The notes beneath the pieces are model-generated. The model made no database searches, was not told the origin of the DNA, and saw nothing but the letters and a program-made list of their open reading frames with translations. From positions 1-39,531 of the forward strand of contig JACMMG010000015.1 in NCBI GenBank assembly GCA_014379165.1: 39,531 bases of DNA, read 5' to 3'. Positions 25,086 to 32,889 of the stretch are shown here, piece after piece (position 1 is the first letter of the stretch; each line of letters begins with the position of its first letter). The position numbers and the translations under genes are program-made. Source of the DNA: Candidatus Parcubacteria bacterium (GTDB taxonomy: Bacteria > Patescibacteriota > Minisyncoccia > Phycocordibacterales > SBAW01).

Positions 25086-26159
25086 CTAAGCAGTCTTGAC
25101 CTCTCCCTCCAAAAGTTTAAGGACCTGTTCGTTGCGAAGCACTGTTTCAATATGAACGCGTACTAAGTCTGGCCGTGCCTGGGGGAAGTGCTCAAACGCG
25201 TGTTTCATCTCCGCCTCTATTGCGGTTGCGTCAGCCTCTACTTTTTCTTCTTCAGCAATTTTATTTAAGGTCAGCTGGAGTTTAGCGCGTTTTTTTGCTT
25301 GCTGCCGAAACTCATTGCGCAGGTCTTCCTCGGTTTTGTTTATCTGTTTTAGGTAATCTTCGAATTTTATATTGAAGCGCGCGATATCGTCTTTCATCTG
25401 CGCAAGTATTTTTTCAAGCTCACTTTCAATAAACACTCGCGGAACTTCCACTTTCGTCTTTTCAAGTATTGCGTCGATTATTTTGCCGCGCCTTGCATCG
25501 CGTGCCCCGCGCTCCTTCTCCTCACCGATGCCTTTTTTGATCTGTGCCTTAAGAGCATCGAGATTTTCAAACGCGCCAAGTGACTTTGCAAATTCATCAT
25601 TAAGCTCCGGCAACTCTCCCGGAGGACCGTCCTCCGTAGGATTTGCGGAGGACGGTCCTCCGGGACTTCTGCGAGACTGCCGCAGATCCTCAATCGTCTT
25701 ATCTACCTCTTCGTCTGTAGCAGGCAATGTTGCTTCGGCAACAATTCCTTCCCCAATTTTTTTCCAGTCTTTAGGGATTAGTATTAGGGGGTACACTGCC
25801 GCGAGTACCGTAATACCAACGGGGTTCCCGGGTGCCAATTTAGTAATTTTAATTTCAGGCCGGCCCACAGCATCAACTTTATGCCACGCAAGCAATAGGG
25901 GATAAAACTCCTGCATGAAGTGTTCTGTGGCCTCTTCTAAGACGGCAGTTTCGCCGACTCGTTTTAAGACCATATCTTTAGGTACTTTGCCTTTTCGAAA
26001 GCCCGGCAAGTCGACATGCTCTGCCATGTGGGTGAGCGCTTCGTCTTGGTATGCTCCAATTGCATCAGGAGGAACCTCGCCCGTGAGCTCTATTTCAGAG
26101 TCGGGAAGAGTCTTTAGCGAAAAAGTCTTCGCGATCGCTTCAAAATCTGGTTTTTGCAT
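25086..26159 (-). CDS. tig: trigger factor
   Basis: N-terminal ribosome-binding motif GFRKGKVPKDMV and a C-terminal helical arm domain. 357 aa, shorter than typical, so the PPIase region appears reduced. Confidence 0.85.
   Translation of the reverse strand: MQKPDFEAIAKTFSLKTLPDSEIELTGEVPPDAIGAYQDEALTHMAEHVDLPGFRKGKVPKDMVLKRVGETAVLEEATEHFMQEFYPLLLAWHKVDAVGRPEIKITKLAPGNPVGITVLAAVYPLILIPKDWKKIGEGIVAEATLPATDEEVDKTIEDLRQSRRSPGGPSSANPTEDGPPGELPELNDEFAKSLGAFENLDALKAQIKKGIGEEKERGARDARRGKIIDAILEKTKVEVPRVFIESELEKILAQMKDDIARFNIKFEDYLKQINKTEEDLRNEFRQQAKKRAKLQLTLNKIAEEEKVEADATAIEAEMKHAFEHFPQARPDLVRVHIETVLRNEQVLKLLEGEVKTA
25617..25665. repeat. perfect 20-bp-stem palindrome inside tig coding sequence
   Basis: 25617-25636 is the exact reverse complement of 25646-25665, with a 9-nt loop. 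On the tig strand it encodes ...SPGGPSSANPTEDGPPGE... Confidence 0.9.
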
Positions 26160-26177
26160 TGCAGGATAGTAGCATAA

Positions 26178-26342
26178 TTAATTTGCTTTTGCCTGGTCTT
26201 GCGAGGCTGGAGGAGTTTGCCTTTGCTCTTGCTGCATTACTAAAAAATAAATACCGCCTACGATAAACACAAGAACGATAACAAAGATTGCCGCAAGCGG
26301 CCCCATCGGCTCGGGCTTTTTGTTTGCAGGAGGGGTTTCCAT
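26178..26342 (-). CDS. possible small membrane protein (54 aa)
   Basis: Manual translation gives METPPANKKPEPMGPLAAIFVIVLVFIVGGIYFLVMQQEQRQTPPASQDQAKAN*, with one clear TM helix. It ends 18 nt before the tig start. No SD. Below the ORF-track length cut-off. Confidence 0.3.
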   Translation of the reverse strand: METPPANKKPEPMGPLAAIFVIVLVFIVGGIYFLVMQQEQRQTPPASQDQAKAN

Positions 26343-26422
26343 ATGCATTCACTATATCATTTCCAAAAAAAATCTCAGTTGAATTTATACGCAGTGCCGC
26401 TATACTATTCCTAACCACTACT

Positions 26423-27349
26423 ATGGCAGCTATTACTAAAGTTTTTGGGCATATATCGCCTGATACGGACACAACGTGCTGCGCAATTATATGGGCTTGG
26501 TACCTTAATAATCACACTACAACAAAAGCGGCACCCTTTGTACTTGGGGAACTTAATAAAGAAACCTCGTTTGTCCTTAATCGGTGGAATGTAGAGCAGC
26601 CCGCCCTCCTTGAGCTTGCTGCCGAGGACGATGTCGTCATTGTAGATACCAATAATCCGCAGGAGCTTCCGGAAAATATAAACGACGCGAATATTCTCAC
26701 TATCATTGACCACCACAAATTAACAGGAGGCCTCACGAGCAAAGTGCCGCCGACGGTTACTATGCGGCCGCTTGCCTGCACTGCAACACTTCTTTACGAC
26801 TTAATGGGTGAGGTAGGTGAATCTCTTCCGGAAGATATCGCAGGCCTTACTCTCTCGTGCATCCTTTCCGACACACTCCAGTTCCGCTCTCCAACAACCA
26901 CACCGCACGATAAAGACGTTGCCGAAAAGATAGCAAAAAAATTAGGAATAAATATTTCCGAATATGCGGCTGAAATGTTTGCTGCAAAATCTGATGTGTC
27001 AGATTACACCGATGCGGGCCTTATACATCTCGATAGCAAAAAATCCTCCGTCGGCGATAAAAATATTCGTATTTCTGTTGTAGAAACAACTACACCAGCC
27101 TCTATACTTGCAAGAAAGAGCGGTCTTATTGCAGCAATACAAAAGATTGTTGCAGAAGAGTCAGATGTAGATGACGTACTTTTCTTTATCGTTGATATCT
27201 TAAAAGAAGAGGCAACTGTGCTCACCTACAACGAGCTGACTTCAAAAATAATCGCAGTATCTTTCGGCATAACAGTCTCGGGCGATACGGTAGTACTGCC
27301 GGGGATTGTTTCTCGTAAGAAACAAATTCTCCCGGCCCTCAAGATATAA
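26423..27349 (+). CDS. ppaC: manganese-dependent (family II) inorganic pyrophosphatase, DHH/DHHA2
   Basis: FGHISPDTDT, IVDTN, IIDHHKL (DHH motif), ILSDTLQFRSPTTT and a DHHA2 C-terminal region. Start set to ATG 26423. Confidence 0.87.
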   Translation: MAAITKVFGHISPDTDTTCCAIIWAWYLNNHTTTKAAPFVLGELNKETSFVLNRWNVEQPALLELAAEDDVVIVDTNNPQELPENINDANILTIIDHHKLTGGLTSKVPPTVTMRPLACTATLLYDLMGEVGESLPEDIAGLTLSCILSDTLQFRSPTTTPHDKDVAEKIAKKLGINISEYAAEMFAAKSDVSDYTDAGLIHLDSKKSSVGDKNIRISVVETTTPASILARKSGLIAAIQKIVAEESDVDDVLFFIVDILKEEATVLTYNELTSKIIAVSFGITVSGDTVVLPGIVSRKKQILPALKI

Positions 27350-27369
27350 AGCGAAGACGTCGGTTTTTT

Positions 27370-28602
27370 TTATTCAGTCTCTTTGGTTTCTACTACCTCT
27401 GCTGGAGCTTCTGCAGGTGCTTCTTCTGCGGGTGTGGCAGCTTCGCCCGCTTCATCGGCTTTTGCAACTGTTTGACCGCCGACAGACTGAATGTCGATTC
27501 TCCAACCGGTCAGTTTTGCAGCCAAGCGCACATTTTGTCCGCCGCGACCTATCGCTAAACTCTGCTGGTCTTCCGCAACTTTGATTGTTGCTTTGTGTTC
27601 TCCTTCGTCAAGTTCAACAGATGCTACTCGCGCGGGAGAAAGCGCTTCTTCAATAAATGCTTTTGGATCTTCGTTCCATTCAACAATGTCTATCTTCTCG
27701 CCACCCAGTTCGCTCGTGACAGTTGAGACACGCACACCGCGCTGGCCAACTAGGGAACCAACCGGGTCAACGTGCGGGTCGGTTGAAGCAACGGCAACTT
27801 TTGAACGCGAACCGGCTTCGCGCGCGATAGCTTTAAACACGACCGTGCCGTGTGCGGCTTCCGGCGCCTCCATTTCAAAAAGTTTCGCAAGAAAGTTCGA
27901 ATGCGCACGAGAAAGGCGCAAGTAAATGCCGCGCGGGCTTTCTTCTACCTGGTAGAGAAGCGCGCGAATGCGCTCGCCTTGGCGATACCGTTCGCCCGGG
28001 ATTTGTTCTTCGTATGGAAGGATACCCGTTGCTCGGCCAAGGTCAATGTAAATATTGCCGCGCTCCATGCGTTGCACGGTACCGCTTACGATTTCTCCCT
28101 GGCGCGCGCCGTATTCTGCAACGACGGATACTTTTTCTGCTTCGCGGATTTTCTGGATGATAACCTGCTTGGCGGTTTGTGCGGCGATGCGGCCGTAGTC
28201 GTCTTTGCTTTCAAGTGGAAAGACAAGTTCCTCACCAACCTGGGCGTCGCGTTTTATGAACTTAGCGTCCTCAAGTGTAATGTGCTGCTCGGGGTTAAAG
28301 CGCGGAAGCTCAAGAATTGGTTTGCCCTCTTCGTCGTATTGAATTTCCCGTGGCGCTTCTTCTTCGTCTTCGGGCGCGAAGCGCACCGTGTTTTCATCAA
28401 CTACTTCTTTTACCTGCAGGAACTGAGTTGTGCCTGTGTCCATATCAAGGTGCGCACGGATTATCTGTCCTTTTTTTGCGTATTCTTTTTTGTACGCGGT
28501 TGCAAGCGCAGCTTCGATAGCCTCGATAACTTTCACGCGTGGAATGCCGCGCTCTTCTTCAAGCTCGGAGAGAACTGAGTTCATTACTTTTAGATCAAAC
28601 AT
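27370..28602 (-). CDS. nusA: transcription termination/antitermination factor NusA
   Basis: N-terminal domain, S1 (GEIVSGTVQRMERGNIYIDLG) and two KH domains (GQRGVRV, GRGGQNVRLA), with an acidic/Ala-rich tail. Confidence 0.95.
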   Translation of the reverse strand: MFDLKVMNSVLSELEEERGIPRVKVIEAIEAALATAYKKEYAKKGQIIRAHLDMDTGTTQFLQVKEVVDENTVRFAPEDEEEAPREIQYDEEGKPILELPRFNPEQHITLEDAKFIKRDAQVGEELVFPLESKDDYGRIAAQTAKQVIIQKIREAEKVSVVAEYGARQGEIVSGTVQRMERGNIYIDLGRATGILPYEEQIPGERYRQGERIRALLYQVEESPRGIYLRLSRAHSNFLAKLFEMEAPEAAHGTVVFKAIAREAGSRSKVAVASTDPHVDPVGSLVGQRGVRVSTVTSELGGEKIDIVEWNEDPKAFIEEALSPARVASVELDEGEHKATIKVAEDQQSLAIGRGGQNVRLAAKLTGWRIDIQSVGGQTVAKADEAGEAATPAEEAPAEAPAEVVETKETE

Positions 28603-28631
28603 AATGTTTTAGAGTATTTTTTTAAAAACCG

Positions 28632-28653
28632 AACCGCCCCTCTCAGGGCGGTT
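28632..28653 (-). promoter_or_regulatory. terminator-like hairpin in nusA leader
   Basis: The minus strand reads AACCGCCC-TGAGAG-GGGCGGTT, then CGGTTTTTAAAAAAA. It lies between the putative nusA promoter and the ATG at 28602. Confidence 0.45.
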
Positions 28654-28665
28654 TCAGATGCAATC

Positions 28666-28694
28666 AGTATACTCTCGCTATATACTAGTGTCAA
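28666..28694 (-). promoter_or_regulatory. sigma70-type promoter for nusA
   Basis: On the minus strand: TTGACA (28694-28689), 17-nt spacer, TATACT (28671-28666). Confidence 0.55.
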
Positions 28695-30325
28695 TGCAGG
28701 TTGATGAAGCAGGGCTACGGGATTTTTTGATTGACTCCGGCACACTTTCGCGCCGGCAGTTAAGCGATATAGGGGAAACAAACGCACCTTTATACGACAC
28801 GCTACTTTCGCGCGGCATTATTTCTCAAGATGAGCTGCGTCGCGCAGTTGCAGGAGTCTCCGGTGTACCGTTTGTAGTCCTTGGGCACGATGATATTGCA
28901 ACGGAAGCGCTCCTTTATATACCCGAGCCCATTGCTCGCACGCACAATCTTGCTGGGTTTCGCGTACAGGGTGGCGATTTGGAAGTGGCACTTCTTGATC
29001 TTGAAGATCTCTCGGCGATTACTTTTCTGCAAGAAGAAAGAGGTGTGCGAATACTTCCACGGCTTACGACCGCCGACTCGCTTAAGCGAGCGCTTATTGC
29101 GTACCATAAACACCTTAAAGAAAAATTTGCGGATTCGCTACGCTCCAAAAGTGATCCTATCGGGGCTGCCGATGCACTTTTGGCACACGCGATGCTCCAC
29201 CGCGCCAGCGCAATCCATATATCTGCACGGGAATTTCCCCGCCTCGCCGAAGACTCGCCTCGATTCAGCGAAGCGGGCGTCGAGTCGAGGCGGGTTTCAG
29301 GCCAAGGAGAACTCTTAGTGCGCTATAGGATTAACGGAAAAATGTTTGATGCGATGACGCTGCCGCGCGAAGCTGCGGGGATTATAGAGAGGTTTAAAGA
29401 GCTTGCGAATATTTCTTTAACGCTACCAACTCCACAAGAGGGAAGTTTCCGTGCGCGCTCAGGGGTTCAAGAGGAGATGCGCGTACGTGTTTCTACTATG
29501 CCAAATATGCACGGCGAGCGTGCAGTGCTACAGCTCACCCCCGTTGCGGGCACACTTTCGCGCAAAGGCTTTACGCTTGAGTCACTTGGGTTTCATGGAG
29601 AAAGTCTTGAAAGTGTGTATCGCACACTCAGCAACAGCTCCGGGCTTGTGCTTGTTGAAGGTAGCGAAGGTTCTGGAAAAACTACAACGCTCTACACGCT
29701 TCTAGATATTCTAAGCACCCCGCACCGCCTACTTGCAACAATTGAAGAACATATCGGTTTGCATTTGCCACACACAGAGCAAATGGAAGTCCGTCCGGAA
29801 ATTGGACTCACCATGGATGCCGGATTGCGCGCGATTCTTAAGCAAGACCCGCACGTAGTAATGATCGACAGTATCCGCGATACAAAAACCGCCGCGCTCG
29901 CCGCATCGGCGGCTTCGCGCGGCGCATTTGTCTTAGCAGGTACGCAAGAAAATTTTAAAGACGCAGGTGCAAAAATGCTATTACGAACGCGGGTAGTAGG
30001 GAAGGTCTGCCAGAACTGCAAAGAAAACTATCATCTTTCACGTACGGAGGCCGCACCTTTTGACGGTAAAGCAAATTTTGGCCGCGTACTTACAGCTTTA
30101 AAAGAGGAAGGAATAATTTCAAATGAAGTGCAATGGAAAGATTTACTGTTCTCCCATGCCGTTGGCTGCACAGAATGTGATAGTGGGTTTACGGGAGCGC
30201 TTGGGCTTCAAGAGGTAGAGGTAGGAGGGAAAATAGCGGGCCTTACTTTGGCGGAAGATGGGCTTTTTAAAGTTATTCAAGGACTCACAACAATAGAGGA
30301 GGTTACTAGGGCAATTGAGGCCTAA
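28694..30325 (+). CDS. GspE/PilB-family secretion ATPase homolog, divergent
   Basis: N-terminal T2SSE_N-like domain, VRYRINGK, PTPQEGSF, Walker A GSEGSGKTT (29660-29683) and CxxC...CxxC (CQNC...CTEC). The Walker B and His-box positions are non-canonical. Start set to ATG 28694. Confidence 0.8.
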   Translation: MQVDEAGLRDFLIDSGTLSRRQLSDIGETNAPLYDTLLSRGIISQDELRRAVAGVSGVPFVVLGHDDIATEALLYIPEPIARTHNLAGFRVQGGDLEVALLDLEDLSAITFLQEERGVRILPRLTTADSLKRALIAYHKHLKEKFADSLRSKSDPIGAADALLAHAMLHRASAIHISAREFPRLAEDSPRFSEAGVESRRVSGQGELLVRYRINGKMFDAMTLPREAAGIIERFKELANISLTLPTPQEGSFRARSGVQEEMRVRVSTMPNMHGERAVLQLTPVAGTLSRKGFTLESLGFHGESLESVYRTLSNSSGLVLVEGSEGSGKTTTLYTLLDILSTPHRLLATIEEHIGLHLPHTEQMEVRPEIGLTMDAGLRAILKQDPHVVMIDSIRDTKTAALAASAASRGAFVLAGTQENFKDAGAKMLLRTRVVGKVCQNCKENYHLSRTEAAPFDGKANFGRVLTALKEEGIISNEVQWKDLLFSHAVGCTECDSGFTGALGLQEVEVGGKIAGLTLAEDGLFKVIQGLTTIEEVTRAIEA

Positions 30326-30356
30326 TATAAGGAGAAAACAGCGTTACCCAATATAC

Positions 30357-30385
30357 TTGACAATAAGTCTAGTTAGGTGTATAAT
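30357..30385 (+). promoter_or_regulatory. perfect consensus sigma70 promoter
   Basis: TTGACA (30357-30362), exactly 17-nt spacer, TATAAT (30380-30385). Confidence 0.7.
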
Positions 30386-30421
30386 TGATACATACGCTTG
30401 AAATAGGTTAAGGGCACACTT

Positions 30422-30496
30422 ATGCCGAGTATTCTCGGCGAACAGCACTCTTTAGAGGAGAGGGCGCAAACCATTGGCTTTTCTATCTATTATTGA
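30422..30496 (+). CDS. candidate 24-aa small protein (or the unit is a ~165-nt sRNA)
   Basis: AAGGG SD-like motif 7 nt upstream of ATG 30422. Translation MPSILGEQHSLEERAQTIGFSIYY*. Bracketed by a consensus promoter and a long terminator. Confidence 0.4.
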   Translation: MPSILGEQHSLEERAQTIGFSIYY

Positions 30497-30499
30497 TGG

Positions 30500-30552
30500 G
30501 GCGATTGGGGAGCACTTCTTTTTATAAGGAGTACTGCCTAGTCGCCTTTTTT
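30500..30552 (+). terminator. long intrinsic terminator
   Basis: 19-position stem (30500-30518 / 30528-30546) with 14 Watson-Crick pairs, 3 G-U pairs and 2 mismatches, followed by TTTTTT (30547-30552). Confidence 0.75.
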
Positions 30553-30730
30553 CATACCGGCCTTTGACAAAAGAATAGACGAAAAAGAACAAAGGAGAGA
30601 AATCTCTAAATTGTTGTTCTTCTTCGCCAGACTCTAGGGGATAGCGTAAAAAACTCGAACCCTGGGTATGGCAGGAAGGACCGTAATAATAGTTCGTACG
30701 GTTCGAGGCTCAAAGCAGGGGAGAAGTAAG

Positions 30731-30832
30731 ATGAGCGAATTTGTGGAACGTATGTTCCCCAACCGGTACCACACTGCCGTCTGGGCGCTGGTTGCGGCGA
30801 TTATCACATCGCCGTTCGTGTTCATCGGCTGA
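30731..30832 (+). CDS. candidate small hydrophobic peptide (33 aa)
   Basis: GGGGAG SD upstream of ATG 30731. Translation MSEFVERMFPNRYHTAVWALVAAIITSPFVFIG*, with one TM-like segment. G+C-rich codon third positions like the rest of the island. Confidence 0.4.
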   Translation: MSEFVERMFPNRYHTAVWALVAAIITSPFVFIG

Positions 30833-30846
30833 AGAGGGAGACGAAG

Positions 30847-30960
30847 ATGAATTCGCAGATGTACACGCCGACTCCCTCGTCTGTTCTGGACGAGGAGATA
30901 TGGCAAGACGAGCTCACTGGACACGAGCTCGATACTCTTATCGCCCTCGTTGGCGAATAA
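30847..30960 (+). CDS. candidate small acidic protein (37 aa)
   Basis: GAGGGAG SD upstream of ATG 30847. Translation MNSQMYTPTPSSVLDEEIWQDELTGHELDTLIALVGE*. It starts 14 nt after the previous small ORF. Confidence 0.4.
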   Translation: MNSQMYTPTPSSVLDEEIWQDELTGHELDTLIALVGE

Positions 30961-30995
30961 GAGAATGGTGGTGACGGACTTTTTGCCCGTTACCG

Positions 30996-31042
30996 CCCCT
31001 CTCAAGCTCTTTACGCCTAAGGCGTAGAGAATTTGAGAGGGG
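30996..31042 (+). repeat. conserved bulged hairpin repeat, copy 1
   Basis: CCCCTCTCAAGCTCTTTACGCC-TAA-GGCGTAGAGAATTTGAGAGGGG. Preceded by an unrelated hairpin at 30970-30994. Confidence 0.9.
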
Positions 31043-31186
31043 TTATAGAAATATAATTCCTTCGTCTGCGTACTGACCTCCGTAGACGTAAAACTCGCAA
31101 ACGTTATTCCCGTACGCGGGGATGACAGGACTTTCACACAGTGCTCAAACCGCCCACCCCCGCGATAGCAGGGCTGGGTAGGAGGA

Positions 31187-32470
31187 ATGAAAATGTCGTG
31201 GAAATCTGATCGCATGAACGAAAAAGGTACCCGCCGCACAGCGCTTCGTCAGGAGCGTGCGCCGACCCTCGACGAGGCGATGAGCATGTTCCACGCCTCT
31301 CTGTCAGATGCGAGGCGTGTTGAACAGCGAGCGGGTAAGCGTGGTCTCTCCGGCTCGGGCATTTCGATGCTCGAAAATGCAGGGATCAACGCGTTTGAAT
31401 CTGCAACTGGACATCCGCTGCCCCCTAACCTGGTTGTTTCCGAAAGGAGCAATCTAGCGGTAGCAGGTTACCAGTTGCGCGACGGGGGCTTCCGTTTTTT
31501 TGAACGGGACGAGGCCGAGAAAATCCTCGTCACAGCTGCTCGCTTCGGCGGGTGGATGAAGGCCGCCGCGAAGTTGCCGGGAGTTCGCCGGCTTCTCCGT
31601 AGCACGCAGTCGGCGCGGGGCATCAACAGCCCCGCGACCAAGGTCGACTTGCGGGAAATCGTGCGCCGGTTTCCTTCACCGGGCCGCCTCGAGCGGCTCT
31701 TGTGGAATACGCGTCGTCGTGCGCGGGCGATTCTCTCGGATTTTGGTCCGGAGAAGCCCTCATGGGAGAATCTCGCGCGAGCCCTCCTCCATGACAGCCG
31801 CCCGAACAAGGCGGCAATCATGGCAGTGGCAGCTCAACTCGGTTGTCATTATGGCCGGAAGGCAACTTATCGCGCGGCTCGGGAATGGCTCACTGAGCGA
31901 CGTTCGGCCCTCTTCCCGCATATGGACACCACCGACGGTGTGACCGTCCGCATCGCTGCGGCTCCGGTCTACACAAAACTTGGCGTCGAAGTGTTTAGGG
32001 CTTTGCAGGTTGGCGAATATGGGCAGCGCGAGCTGCTCTGGTTTGTCCGCAAGGGCAAACGCACCTTCCACTGCGAAGAGTACCAGGCGGGATCCTATGT
32101 CGATGGGATATGGGTAACCAGCCCAAAGGCTGCAGTTCGCATTGCGATAGAGGCGTGGCAGAAGCAGGACGAACTCGCTGCCGAGGAGGCCAGGTTGGCC
32201 GCCGAAGCCCGGGAACATCACTCTGGACTCGCCATGTTTCTTGATGGGACCGAACTCGGGTTCTGTCCTCTCATCGACCGTCAGGACTCTTACGCGGCGG
32301 GCAACTGCCACGCAGGGACTGAAGGATGGGTTATGGAGCACGGTTGGAGAGCACGAGTTTTCCTTCCTGGCTTCAAACTCATCCCGTATCTTGGCGACGA
32401 ACGGGTTCGCAGGGTCGTCATGGCGGCACGTCGTCGTCGCGTCGATCAGACCGAAGCAGTCGCGGCTTAG
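31187..32470 (+). CDS. hypothetical Arg-rich protein (about 425 aa), orphan
   Basis: GGAGG at 31181-31185. ATG at 31187 or, with better spacing, 31193. Strong G/C third-position bias. No domain recognised. The antisense ORFs are judged spurious. Confidence 0.65.
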   Translation: MKMSWKSDRMNEKGTRRTALRQERAPTLDEAMSMFHASLSDARRVEQRAGKRGLSGSGISMLENAGINAFESATGHPLPPNLVVSERSNLAVAGYQLRDGGFRFFERDEAEKILVTAARFGGWMKAAAKLPGVRRLLRSTQSARGINSPATKVDLREIVRRFPSPGRLERLLWNTRRRARAILSDFGPEKPSWENLARALLHDSRPNKAAIMAVAAQLGCHYGRKATYRAAREWLTERRSALFPHMDTTDGVTVRIAAAPVYTKLGVEVFRALQVGEYGQRELLWFVRKGKRTFHCEEYQAGSYVDGIWVTSPKAAVRIAIEAWQKQDELAAEEARLAAEAREHHSGLAMFLDGTELGFCPLIDRQDSYAAGNCHAGTEGWVMEHGWRARVFLPGFKLIPYLGDERVRRVVMAARRRRVDQTEAVAA

Positions 32471-32557
32471 CCAGCTGCAATCGGTGATGGGAACACCGGA
32501 AGAAAAATAAAAACTCCAGATGTACCTTTGTTTGGCGCGAGTCTCTCTGACTCGTGC

Positions 32558-32604
32558 CGTCTTTCAAGCGCTTTACGCCCGAGGCGTAGAGAATTTGAAA
32601 GGGG
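32558..32604 (+). repeat. conserved bulged hairpin repeat, copy 2
   Basis: Shares an identical 43-nt core with copy 3. Preceded by an unrelated 9-bp hairpin at 32535-32557. Confidence 0.9.
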
Positions 32605-32655
32605 AGGTTAAATTAGTTTCGCGTGCTCCCCGCAACCCTAAAAGAGGAGGGCAAA

Positions 32656-32856
32656 ATGCAAGAACGCGATAAGTTCTGGGAGGAAGTCGAGCATTTCGGC
32701 TTCTGGCGCGCATTTGAGAGCGCCGAAGTTCAGCGGGAGGAAGAAAAGAGAAGGAAGTCTGCGGCGAGAAATCGGCCTGCAGAGTCTACTACTCTGAACT
32801 TCGTTCGCGCCGGCGAAACGCGACCCGGCATCCCGCTGTACGTTTTTGAACAATAG
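32656..32856 (+). CDS. hypothetical small charged protein (66 aa)
   Basis: GAGGAGG SD (32644-32650) upstream of ATG 32656. Translation MQERDKFWEEVEHFGFWRAFESAEVQREEEKRRKS... Confidence 0.45.
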   Translation: MQERDKFWEEVEHFGFWRAFESAEVQREEEKRRKSAARNRPAESTTLNFVRAGETRPGIPLYVFEQ

Positions 32857-32889
32857 GGAACAGTGAGGTTCCCGGAAAGGAAGGATAAA

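Noticed and set aside
27491-28612. Plus-strand ORFs (144, 242, 102, 67, 60 aa) within nusA
   Set aside because: They are antisense frames of a well-supported conserved gene.
30634-31239. 201-aa minus-strand ORF spanning the island's 5' region
   Set aside because: The translation looks like non-coding sequence, with no SD. It runs antisense through hairpin repeat copy 1 and the two SD-preceded plus-strand micro-ORFs, and it overlaps the start of the 425-aa gene.
31760-32341. 193-aa minus-strand ORF (and other antisense ORFs at 31249-31821) inside the 425-aa gene
   Set aside because: This is a typical long antisense frame in G+C-rich coding DNA. The plus-strand frame has the SD, the G/C third-position bias and full-length continuity.
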